NCBI GenBank assembly: GCA_037379345.1
Contig: CM074514.1
Coordinates: 7,192,001-7,256,000, forward strand
Length of the DNA stretch: 64,000 bases
Origin: Perna viridis
Taxonomy: Eukaryota
Direction: 5' to 3'
This document shows, piece by piece, positions 25,018 through 37,048 of the stretch; positions within the stretch are counted from its first letter, which is position 1; each line of letters opens with the position of its first letter. The notes under the pieces are model-generated. The model did not search any database. It saw only the letters and a list, made by a program, of their open reading frames with translations, and was not told the origin of the DNA. Both the position numbers and the translations under genes were made by a program.

Positions 25018-26715
25018 CACAACCCTAGAGACAGTTTCTATGGAGGACGCACAAATGCCATCAAGCTTTTTTACGAGGTCAAAGAACCCGGAGAAACCAT
25101 AGAATATTACAACGATACGAGGTGAGCTTCTTTTTATAAATGCATCCAGTTGTAATTCAATGTAAAAAATGTGTCATCTTTGTTTGAACAAGTATGCGAA
25201 ATATCCGATAGGACACCCAACCATCATAACGTCTGATTTCAAACATATATCAGAGTACAATGGGTATAGCAAAATTGAGTATCAAGGCACCTCGTCAACT
25301 GTATCATCACGTGCTGCCTTATTTATCGAACGAAAAATAGAAATTTTCACCCTGCATAACGTGTGCAGATAGGGAAAACGAAAGTGAATGTCGATATAGT
25401 GACAACGAAAGAATATTTACCGGGACCTGGTGTACTCCGGAAATCCAACTAGCCTGTTCAAAAGGATACGAAATCGTTAAGATTTACCAAATTCATCACT
25501 TTGAGGAATCGAGTATCTATGACAGTGTTACAAAACCAGGAGTTCTGTTCATGGAATACGTCGATATATTTTTGAGACTAAAGCAAGAGGCTTTTGGCTT
25601 TCCTTCCAAGTGTCAAACAAAAGAAAAAAATGAACTATATAGCTAACTATGCAAGAAATGAAGGGATACAACTTGATTTCGATTTGATTAAAAAAAAATC
25701 CGGATCTGTGTAGTCTGGCTAGGATCTGCTTAAATAGTTTTTGGGAAATCTGGTCAACGCTTGAATATGAAAAAAGTCCTCCTTTCTATATGAACATGAA
25801 GTAGACACGTTTTTCCAATTACTTTCAGACTCTGGAAAGGATGTTCAAGATTTCCATATCGTCAGTAATGAAATCATATAGTTGGAATATTTCGATGATT
25901 CGGCTTTTTTACCTTTTGACTTTAAAACTAACGTATTCATTGCCAGCTTTACGACTCTCGAAATAGCTCAAAGGAATTATTTTATGTAGATACCGATTCA
26001 ATAATATTTCACGATGTAAACAAACAAATTACACAGCGTCTACCGGTGGGCAATCATCTTAGAGAAATAACTAGCGAGATATCCTAAAGGAGAAGGACAT
26101 ATAACGACAGTCGTCTGGCCCTAAATCTTACGCTTACAGAACGGCTTCAGGTAAAGAAGTATGTAAGGTAAGAAGGTTTACCTTAAATTGGACAAACTGT
26201 AACAAAAAACAAAAAAAAAGATAAGAGTAAGGTAAGAGGGTTTACCCTTAATTGGAAAAATTGTAACAAAAACGCCTGAGAAACTATCAATCCACGAAAA
26301 ATATCAAGAATCTCTAGAAAAAAGAAAACTATGCGACAAGATAGAGGAAAGGGAATTTAAAATGGTTTACACGAAGGTTGTTAGACGACCTTACATCTGT
26401 GCCTTTTGGATATTGACATAAAAACTAGAAACCCTCAAAAATATACATTTATTAATACAGCATATAATTTGATCAATTTTGTCTATTTTGAAAAAGCATT
26501 CCGATGTATGTAACCAAAAAAAATCTTATTGTCAAGCGTTCAATTACAATTACCTGAACAAAAAGATAATCTTTGTTTTTTTATTTATTTCAAAAACAAA
26601 CAAATTGAAATAGAAAAATTAAAATTTTATCCAACGAATTTGTTTCTTCCTTCTTTTTATGGGTTCTTTGTCTAGTATACCGGGTAGTTCTCCTTTCTTC
26701 TTTCGATCTTTCTAA

Positions 26716-26988
26716 TCAACAGTTTCTTTTTTTCTGACTTTTATTAGTAGTTTTGTCGCCTAATCGTATAACAGTGGGTTTGTATGGTTTTAATGCTTTG
26801 GCATATGTCTGTTTATTTGGAAACAAACCCTTGCATATATTTAGAGCAATTTCTGAAATAACTTCCATCTGTTCTTTCGAAAGTGTCGATAGCTTTGCAT
26901 TGTTGTTTGATACAAACGTTTTAAGAGTAATGCATATGTCCTCATCTGACGAATCATTCTGTAAATTTGTGATAAATTCATATTGCAC
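26716..26988 (-). pseudogene. Conserved small Polinton virion/core protein
   Basis: VISEIALNICKG...KALKPYK...IRLG...KK pattern of the ORF that usually follows the ATPase in alpha-type Polintons. Confidence 0.6.
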
Positions 26989-26997
26989 AAGCGTCTT

Positions 26998-27658
26998 TTA
27001 AATGGGTTTGTATACAATACAAGTATCTCCCGGAAAAATTTCCTTTCTTAGCTTGTATTGACGTTCCTCTTGTCGTTTTCATGGAGAAATTTTCGCAAGT
27101 AAATATCCATATTTGTAATGAGTGGCCTTCGTTTAAGTCTCCATAAAGTATTGCGTCTGTCTAGGTAGGGTCTGAGATGCAAACGTCACTATCTGTCTTG
27201 TGTCTCGCGGATTGCGAAATAATACAAAAATGGCAATGTTTAAAGAAATACTTTTCGAGTATTTGTCGACTGGATAGAGTGATTGTGAAATCACTAAGCA
27301 TGAAATATTCCTTTCATGTGATGTGACTGAAAAGATGCAACAGTTCTTCCGACTGTACTGTTTTACTTATTAAATCATCCAGTATTAATAAAGAATGTTT
27401 CTTGTGTTCTGAAAACTCCTCCAATCTGTCTTTGTGAAAGATGGGATTTTTAAAAATGTTTCATTTCATCAAACATTTTTTTTTATATTCTGGATACGCA
27501 TACAGAATTTCACAAGGAGCCACAGTAATCATTTTCGAGGCATTCACGATGAGTCTCTTGGTAAACATAGATTTTCCCGATTTTGTTGGTACAATAACAG
27601 CAATGGTCGTTGGAGATGAAAATGGCGATACGGTTTTCTCTGAATCACCCTCCATCAT
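26998..27658 (-). pseudogene. Packaging ATPase (FtsK/A32-like), Polinton A
   Basis: Degenerate Walker A VPTKSGKS, Walker B LLILDDL, SHERN, FRNPRD, C-terminal LRKEIFPGD..IVY. Confidence 0.88.
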
Positions 27659-27689
27659 AATATGTGTTTCATTAATTAAATGGTTATTT

Positions 27690-28180
27690 TACTTCTTACA
27701 TGCCGTTTTATGTCTTCCCCAAAGCATTTAAGTATAACATAATGAAAGAGTCATTGATATGCAGGTTGTTGCCAAACAGTTCATATACGACATTCAAAGG
27801 CACGAAAAAACAAATTCGCATCAGTATGAAAAACAAACACATATTGTCCACATATATCAGATGTTGATGACTGTATTTTTTTTATATACGCAAATATTTT
27901 TTTACTATTTCCCGTAATAATTTTTTGTATTGTTTCTTCGTAAAATAAGGCGGTATCTCCAAGACTGTCGTGGTACTCTGAGGACGTTTAATAATAATAA
28001 AGACAAAATGCAAATTAAATGTTCTCCTGGGTTGGGTATTGAGTCTGTGTTAACAATATATATTTGTGGATAACGTCTTTGAATAACTTTAGGTAATGTG
28101 TTTATAGCACATATTTCAACAAAAATATTTCTCAAACATTGGAACGAGGAAATAGCATTCTTCAGTTGAAAATTTTGATG
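27690..28180 (-). pseudogene. Adenain-like cysteine protease, Polinton A
   Basis: YIVNTDSIPNPGEH and IQSSTSDICGQY motifs. Confidence 0.85.
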
Positions 28181-28189
28181 TCTCTTGCT

Positions 28190-29430
28190 TCATTGCATGT
28201 CAGAATGGCTCGGGATTGGTAATAACACATTTTATAACATCGGTTGTTGCTTGATTGAATCTCATTTCCATCCTCGTTTAACCATGCTTGGCGAAATCTT
28301 CGAAATCTTCCTCGAAATCAGAAGGAATCAGTAAAAATGCAAGAAAAGTGAAACCTTTGCCAAAATCACTCCTTGATATGGTAAGACCTGCATCTTTATT
28401 CCATTTTTCGCATATAAAGTCTGACGTATGCCGCTGTATAATTTCTGGATGCTCCGAAATCCAATTTTTGAGGAGATCCATAAATATCTACACCATTTAC
28501 TTTCAAACTAACTTCGGATAAATTAAAATGTTGAAAATTAATTGGCAGTGTAATTTCCATTTGCTGTTTTCTGTGAAATTAATCCAAACAGGACTTTCGA
28601 CGGTAGAGATTTGGGATACATAGAATCCCAGTAGAATTCAATAGAGCCCTTGGGTATAATGTTCTGTGTAACATTGCTTCTATCTATAACGTATATTGCT
28701 GGGGTTTCTTTTATCTGTTGGCTATGATTCAGAATGACCTCTGGATCGAGTTTTATTCTCGCCGTTTTGAGTGCTACATCTAAAATTCTCACTTTACAAC
28801 TAGGATTGCTTTCCCCAAACATTAATACGAAACTGGATCTAAAAAGTTATATGAAAATATCTACTCCATTGATAAGATATTTGTCGAGATTCAAAACATC
28901 TGCCATGAGATTTCTTTCTAACTCCAATGTTCTAGATTCTTTTGTAAATTCGTATCGGTTAACGAATCCTGAATTTGCAGATACTGAATTCATCTTTCGT
29001 GAACAAGTGACTTTGCAATTGAGATTTCTGTTCGTCCGAACCAGCACATAACATAACCTGTAAATTTGCCTTCCATGAAAATTGTATGCGTTGGCAGAGA
29101 CCAGTTTATTGTTCATGTACACATAAACCTGAGAAATCTTGGCCTGTAAATGTAAATTTACTATTCCAACCTTCTCTTTTACAGCCAAATTACTCCCATC
29201 ACCTTTCACAATCTGTAGCTTCACATATAGGCGACTTTTCCACAAATCAATATATCGTTCCCAGTACAAGAAACTACAATTTCTGTAGGCGATGATTTAT
29301 TTATAATCGAAAATATAGGACGCTCTTTTGTATAAATTTCTTTATTTACTGCCACTTGATTTGGAGCAAACATCGAAAGTTCCATCGGTTGTCCAATTCG
29401 TTTGTTATCCTCATTTAAAAAAGCCATCAC
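28190..29430 (-). pseudogene. Double jelly-roll major capsid protein, Polinton A
   Basis: ELSMF.P.Q, YIDLWKSRLYVKLQI, LINGVDI, LPSKVLFGL...ANGNYTAN, ISRSDFGKGFT motifs across frameshifted ORFs. Confidence 0.88.
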
Positions 29431-29439
29431 TTTTTCTTT

Positions 29440-29800
29440 TTCTTACTCGGTGGCTGATTCTAAATGTTATAGTAGTAATCTGGGTTTAGAGTTCTCTTGT
29501 TAAGCTTCCTTACTATTTTTCTAATAGTTTGTTCTTCGATGTTGAACCTTTCCCAAACCGCTTTTTTATGGATTTTGTCGCTTTTTTCTTTTTTATACGT
29601 TTTTCACACGAGGTTCATTTTTTCCCTTTCCTCCTTATATTCTGATTTTGTCCTTTCTTCTGCAGCAGCCACTGGAGTCACTAAATCTGTATGCAGTTCA
29701 TCATTTTCTTTAATAACATGTGAATTTACGGAAATAAGATAGGATCCTCGGTAACGTCCATTGAGACCACGTCCAATTTGATGCCGTTCATGTTTTTTTC
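29440..29800 (-). pseudogene. Small basic Polinton core-like protein
   Basis: QIGRG...LVTPVAAAEERTKSE followed by a Lys/Arg-rich tail. Confidence 0.45.
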
Positions 29801-30125
29801 TTACATACTGATAAAGACTGTATATTTTTTGCTTTAATTGGTATATAATATGGGTAGTTTTATACTATGTTATTTTGTTCTATATCACTTAGATACACTC
29901 TCCTTAACAAAGACCTCGCACCCTATAAATGTATCCTGGCATATTTCTAAACATACAAATAGTTCACTTTTTGTCATCCCAATCTGTTGTGGTAAATTCC
30001 GTAACAGATACTACCTAATATCCTTCAAATTGTATTTCCTTCTTTTTAATCCTAAAGTCGTCAGGAGTATTATTTAGATAAAAATTATTTCCGTCATCCG
30101 AAGACCAAACCATTCTGAAACTCAT
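29800..30125 (-). pseudogene. Minor capsid (penton) protein, Polinton A
   Basis: MSFRMVWSSDDGNNFYLNNTPDDFRIK...FEGY*VVSVTE then ELFVCLEICQDTFIG. Confidence 0.7.
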
Positions 30126-30149
30126 GTTGTATAATAATGAACATATTAA

Positions 30150-31200
30150 TTGATGTACTCATTATTTTATCAATTTCACCGAATTCTTTGGTACTTACAA
30201 ATTATTTTTTTTTCTGGCCAACCCGTCCATTTTACTGATACTTCCGGTTGTTTTCTATGCAGATGTCTTCTTTTTATAACCTTTTCCACTTTGTATACAA
30301 CGTCATCTGATGTCATGTAACTCATATCTGTAAAATGTTTTTTTGACCAAGAATCTTTCTGTTGATATATGTCTTGATTATCTCTTTTAAATATTTTTCT
30401 TAAAGTATTCCATAGTCCATTTTTCTTGAAATCCCATTTCAAAATTGTGAAATGTGAAATTCTAACAAAATCTTCAATCTTATACTTAAATACAGATTTG
30501 TGTTTCTTTGTTTTGTTGTTGTTTTTTTTCGTATTCAATGACAACTGTTGATTTTTCCTATTCTTCGATCTCTTTTCCCTGACTAAATATTGAATATAAC
30601 GAATTTTGTCTTCATTCTTTTTGTGACGGAAGCCGGTGCGATGTTACCAAATGATTGATGTGCTGTATAGTTATAAATATGAAATGAATCCTGCAGAACA
30701 CTCCAGCGTTATTCGTATAGAATATGTGTATTCTTGATCATATATATTTTCGTTGCTGATTTAAATTCTCCTTCAAATCTGATGCTTTGCGGCTTCCTGT
30801 TATGGTTTTTGAATATGTTTTTAAATGCTTTGGCCACCATTTCACTCTTTTTATTTTTTAATGGGCACACAGTTTCATATCTCGAAAATATGTCAATTAA
30901 ATCTAATAAGAATTTCACTGCGTCGTTGTGTTGTGAAACATTTTCCATCGATGCAAGATCTCCGTCCCACATAGAGTCGTTACCTTCAACTATTACTCTG
31001 CTCCTTTTAAATTTCTTTCTTCTTGATTTGTGTAAACCATAAGTTTTTTTTATATAAAATGTTTAACAAAGCAACGACCAATATTAAACTTTCCTTAACT
31101 ATCTGGTATAATTTGTCAGGACCAGCAAATGTTCCATGATTGCAGGAATTGGTCCGTATTTCTGATAAATATTTTTCTTTGTTTCTTAGATACTCCAGCC
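30150..31200 (-). pseudogene. Retroviral-like integrase with C-terminal chromodomain, Polinton A
   Basis: FAGPDKLY, WDGDLASM...IDIFSRY...PLKNK...KP.SIR..GEF; VYKVEKVIKRR...VKWTGWP. Confidence 0.9.
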
Positions 31201-31515
31201 ATATTTCATTAATAATAATAATAATAATATCATTCATTCAAAGATAGGGTAGTTCAGATATATTTAGTCTACAATTTATAATAACTTTAATAACATTTAC
31301 ATTAATTAATTACTTTCTGATGATCGTTCATTTCAATTATTGTCTCTCAATGAGAGATCGTATCATAATATTAGGTTTATATAGATACCCCTCATTACTA
31401 TATTAGTCCCTCGTTGAGAAAATATGTTGTTATAGTATCTGTTTATGAATTCTCTCATATATTTTTTTGTTTAATTGTCCATCATTTAGAGTTATATAGG
31501 AGTACTTCATTTATG

Positions 31516-31671
31516 GATATCATACCCTCAATAATGTCACATACATCTTATACTACCTCATTGAGGTTTCCTCATTGAAGGGGTATTTTTATAGTCCCTC
31601 ATTGGTGTTTCCTCTTTAAAGTATTGTTTTTATGGCCCCTTGTTGAGGGTGTGTAGTACCCTATATGTAGT
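31516..31671 (-). repeat. Polinton A right TIR
   Basis: Reverse complement of the left TIR, diverged. Confidence 0.9.
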
Positions 31672-33396
31672 ATCCTCAGGCACACAGGTGTACAAAAGTG
31701 AAACTTTTTACTTGAATATCAAGAGTATTTCAACAAAACTTCTTTGAAGTTGAAATTAATCAAAATAAGACTAACCATAATCACTAAACTTGACTAAAAC
31801 TTAAATTTCTAACATAAACTTTGTATTTATAATAAATGGCAAAGGGAACTGTACAAAATTGATTAACCAATACTTCTTTGGCTCGTGTCGTTCAATTATG
31901 TTCCTTTTCCAAAGAAAATGTGTGGTAATTAACATTTCAATTGATCTCTAAATACTGGAGCTGAAATGAAATTTTACGACGACAATAATTGATAAAACGA
32001 TGATAATAAATCTACATTCCCGGTCTTGTATTATTTGTGACTTGGAACTTTGTATAAGTTCAACATTGTAATACCCCGTAGTATTTTTAACTGTTTCTAT
32101 TATGTTATAATTACTATATGTCTCTGATATAAGTTTGGCCAATAAATCTACGAGATAATCATATTTTAACTTTTTCCTTCAGTCATTTTATAAAAAAAGG
32201 TAGTTTTTTTTCTTTCTGCTCTCTTCCGATATTTAAATAATCTCACATTATCACAATAACAGCTCAGTTAAGTTACTTTTGTGTCCATGTGTTATACTAT
32301 ACAATTTGTCAATGTCCATATTTGTAAGATTTACCATGACAGCATATTTGTGTGCCCTATTGTCCAGTGATGCATCATCAGCAATTAGTCTACATAATAA
32401 CAACTCACCATATCCATTCTAATTATACATAAAACTGTCATCAGATATATGATTTACAAATTAAAAATAGAATAAGAAATAAAAAATGCCATAACAGAAC
32501 TCTGCATGTTGAACATTGGCGTTTATAATGTCCTCGTTTATTTGTTGCTTTCTCTTTTTCAGAAAGCTCTAAAACCACGAAAGAAGTTTAACTTTGATAT
32601 ATTTAAAATATAACAATCAGACATATTATCTGTTTTGTATAGAACAGGTTAAAAAAAAATTAGCAGGTATTCTAATACCGATAGTCCAAACCTGGACATT
32701 CCATAACAGGAGTTCAAAAATGGGTTTTAGTGTCATTGTATTGTTGGCGCCTCTGTTTACGAATGATTTAAATCAAAGCCCCGATGGCGTTGAACCTCGT
32801 AAGTCATGAGATATTCATAGGTTTTATAAAAACTTTATAATCCGCTGTTTCTCGTTCTCCAGAAAGATTAATTACTTACAACGGGATCAGCGCTTTCACT
32901 ACTAGTAGCACTACACATCCACACAATACTGATGATTTAAAATTTTAATTTAAATTTCGTTTTCTTTTTTTTCTTTTTTGTTTCGTATCATTTCGTTATA
33001 ATTTTGTTTCTCAATGTGTAATCTTAAAACCTAGTTTTAGTTTTAAACGTAGCCAATCTCGTGGAATCCATATATGGATACCAAAGGCATTAATAAAATA
33101 TAAACTTCTATTTATGTATTTGAATTTTCCTTTGACAATGAATCATGTAAATATAATTTTCATCGTATGCTGTGAAAACGGGCAATGTATTTATACGAAG
33201 TAATCAATTTGATTCATTTGAATATTCATCCGCCAGATCTCTTTCGCGGTGGAAGTACTTTTAAGGCGGTTATCAACCGGAAGTCGTTTTGATTGACATC
33301 AGATGGGTTTAGACTCAGAAGTCACGTGACTTCCGAGTAAAAACGGTACACATATACCACTGAATACGAGGAACTGCTTTTACCTTGGTCACTGTA

Positions 33397-33526
33397 NNNN
33401 NNNNNNNNNNNNNNNNNNNNNNNNNNNNNNNNNNNNNNNNNNNNNNNNNNNNNNNNNNNNNNNNNNNNNNNNNNNNNNNNNNNNNNNNNNNNNNNNNNNN
33501 NNNNNNNNNNNNNNNNNNNNNNNNNN
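33397..33526. other. Assembly gap (130 N)
   Basis: N run. Confidence 1.
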
Positions 33527-33712
33527 AGCAATTTACTTGGACTACCCACTCATTTTCTCAGGAAATGACCTCAAATTAACAAATACAGGCGTTAGAAAAA
33601 CCATGAATCCGGCGTTGGAACTGCAAAACCTGCTTTAGGGGCTAGTCACCTTGATACAAATTTATTCTCATGTTGATATGAGCCCTCAAATTAAATGTTC
33701 ACATAAATGATA

Positions 33713-33965
33713 AAGCAGGGTTGTGTATTGTCTCATGTACTGTTTGATATTTTTATAAATAGTTTAGTACTGAAATAAAAGCATTGGATATTGGAATCGA
33801 TAATAGATGGTGAAAAATAAGTATCCTTTTATATGCTGACGATATTAAGTCAATTGCAGAAAATGGAAGTGATCTACAAATGTTGTTAAATATTCTTCAT
33901 AAATCGTGTAGTAATAAATTACTAAACATAAATTTGGAAAAGATTAATATTGCACATTTTAAAAA
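33713..33965 (+). mobile_element. LINE (CR1/L2-like) reverse transcriptase fragment
   Basis: KQGCVLS..LF.IFIN and ISILLYADDI...DLQMLL...IN.EK. Confidence 0.85.
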
Positions 33966-36958
33966 TCAAGAGACTTATCAGAAATTTACAAGAAAAGGGG
34001 TCCCTCAACCTGGGTTTATTAGGTGATAAAAATATAATCTTACTCTTATCTCTGCACCTTAATTATATCTAACTGTCGAGTCCTGCTTTATTTAAGGCGA
34101 AACTTACATTAGTCTCCTTAAGAATGCACCAAATGTTTAGCATAAAAAGTCATACATCAAGAGTAAACTGCTCATCGTTTCATATACATGTATCATATAA
34201 AATGAATAGATCAATCAAATAAGCTCTCCAAATGCAACACGCTGAAAAGAGTAACAGATGCTGACTTGTACTCTACCAATATTGATTTTTAAAGGAAGGC
34301 CATAACGCTCATTTCCTTTTTCGTGTTTTAATAAAGCTTTGTCGAGCGTAGCATGATACAAAAGGCATTATGCTGAACATAGGGGCTTACATTTTGGACA
34401 CAACAACGGGCTTGGACACAATATTACACACTATATACAAGATCATTTAAACCTAAAAAGAAGGTTGGCGTTGATTTATGAATCCAACCACTTTTTGGAA
34501 TTAGGGACCAAAGAGGATACAAAGAAGTTTTCAAGCTGCTTATCAAATATTTTACCTTTAATCCCTATACCTATGAAAATAATCAAAATTAGACAAACAA
34601 ACCTTTATAAATTATACTGCCTTCTAGCACGTTCCAAGGAAAAATGAGAAAAAAATAGATAAGTATTATTAATAAATGAGGACGGTATATTTAACCACAA
34701 CAACCACGTCATGATGTTGTATTGTAAGTAAGAGAATAAAAAAATCTAAAACTGCTTCTGAAAATAAAAATAAAAACAAGTATAAGTTTTCCAAAAAAAA
34801 AAAAAAAGCTTGCGCATCGATATAATTTCTATTTCTTTTTAGTGTAAGATTTTGATTTTAACAATGACTGGATGTTTGTGTTCGGTCATTAATGAAATAA
34901 ATCATATACATGTATTTGGCTTTCACAATTTGAGATAATTTATTATTTCAAATTTTCTGTTGATTAGGAATTACGTGCTTACTTATTAATTGATAGTATT
35001 CATAAGTGTACCGCCGGTTTGAGTTATTGAGTATTGTACCTCAAAGTAGTGGTAATGTACTGTTTTGTGCATAAACGAATGGTCGCACTTTCTATGCCGT
35101 GATGCCTTTGTACTACCCTTAATTTTTATATATCAAACACACAAGACATGCAAAGCATCAAAAGAATAGCAAAATAAAACACACATAAAACACGTTCTAC
35201 ACAAGATTGGGAAAAAATTAAAATTGCTAAGAATAAAAGTATGGAAAATGGTGAGTATTGTGCGTCTATTGAAAAAAGGACACAAACGTCTTGAAAAAAT
35301 GGTTAATTTAGGAAATTAGTGAAAAAAGAACAAAAAACCAAAAACAAAAAACAAAAAAACAAAAAAACACTGGTTTACGCCAATTCACGAATATGCAAAA
35401 ATCAAGACAATATCATGGCCCTTTGGGTGCGACACTAAAATGTCACTCTGTTAGTCTTTTCTAGCTTTCGCAACAAATTTTATAAAGGTCGTTCCCCACA
35501 GTGTGGGGGGGGGGAGGGGTATCTTACTGTAATACTTATTATTATTATTATTTTTCTTCTTATAATTGATTTGGATAGAAATGTATGCGACACTTTGTTA
35601 CGTCAATTAAGCCTATATTTCTGATTCACTAGGACTATGCGTTAAGGACTGGCATGGAATTAACATGTTAGGTCTCACTAACCAGTTCCGGGTCAAATGG
35701 CTACCCGCCTATATAGTACCAAAACACACTGAACCTAGACATATGCATTGTAATTGCATTATTTGTGTTTATTATGATTAAAAGTAGTCAAAATAAAGCT
35801 GAGAATGTGTACTTCAAAATCATATATGTAATTAACTACAAAAGTGTATGAATATTGTTTACATGTGTGAGTAATTTGCCTCCATGCTGTCAATTAGCAG
35901 AACAGGTAAAAATGAAGATTTTCAGTAGTATTTATTCAAATAAATTTTGTGAAGAATTTCTACAATCATCGTACCATTTGCATAATGATTTTGGAAGCCT
36001 TATTTTCCAAGCTTTGCAACGGTATGCAACTTTAAGATGTCATTTGTCCTGGGAATTCACAGTGAAACTTTGAAAATTACTTTTTTAACATGTAAAGTAA
36101 TGGAAACGTTAGAAGTGGTTAGTGAGACCTGAACGGGCTTTGAATTATCTTCCCTAACACTGATTTGTCGTTCTGGTGCCAATAGAAAAAAAACGTTGTA
36201 GATAGAGACAATCTGAAAAGTGCATAATGTGTGTCTTGTACTTGGCCAACAATAATGTCCTGTCCGTCAATGCAATCAAACTAAGACTAAGACTAAGACT
36301 ATTTTTTTGGATAATCAATATTCCTAGAATGAGTTATCTAACTTCTAACCAATCAGTTTCCGTCAACTTTTGTAGTTCGAAAACCGTCAGGCTTAGACTT
36401 TCACCATTCATCCTAGATGATACATGGTGCTTCCAAAATGCGTTCTATTATTACATAAACTGTTTCTCAATTAAATGAAACTCAAAACTATGTTTTTGTG
36501 GAATTATTAAAGACAAATATTTGATATTGGAGACTCGATTGGTTTTTAACGAATTTATTTTGTGATGCATTTAAAAAATTTTTTTACATCCCTTTAAATA
36601 TTACTATCATTAGTAAAGAATGTTTTTGATGAAATTGACTTCAATGTTTAACTAAAAAAATGTACTAAAATAATTGTTCCCTTAAGTATTGGAAGTAGTT
36701 TTCAATTCTATTGACTTCACATTTTATGATACAAGTAGTAATGTCGGTTTGGTAGTGACTTATGATTTAACTGTGTTATCACTTCCTGTTCATCTTCGGC
36801 GATTGTAGTTGCATTACCAACGGGCAGTTGCATAACTACTGCAATCATCTTCAAACTCCTTTTCGGACACCGACAAAAATTTCAAATTTCAGAAACTTAA
36901 TTACAGCGAAACAGATCATTTTATCTTTTAATGTAAACTTCCCGTTTTACTTCAAGCC

Positions 36959-37015
36959 AAAAAACAAACAAACAAACAAACAAACAAACAAAACAACAAA
37001 AAAAAACAAAACAAC

Positions 37016-37046
<31 letters not shown>

Positions 37047-37048
37047 AC
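36959..37048. repeat. (CAAA)n/(CAAAA)n microsatellite
   Basis: Directly visible. Confidence 0.9.

Larger units (their letters stand above)
21660..26416 (+). pseudogene. Protein-primed family B DNA polymerase of Polinton A (interrupted)
   Basis: FPNLFNTKE, YCASDVDIL (exoIII), RLDGFD...VYEFLG (Vsr-like insert), PRDSFYGGRT, GTWCTPEI, ICLNSFW (motif B), YVDTDSII (motif C), GPKSYAY, PFGY* end. Confidence 0.9.
20276..31671. mobile_element. Polinton/Maverick A (alpha-adintovirus-type endogenous virus), full length, decayed
   Basis: TIRs 20276-20427 and 31516-31671; 6-bp TSD aacctc/atcctc; pPolB, ATPase, protease, MCP, penton and integrase remnants. Confidence 0.93.

Noticed and set aside
26165-26275. 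~50-bp tandem duplication in the polB C-terminus
   Set aside because: An ordinary local duplication in a dead gene.
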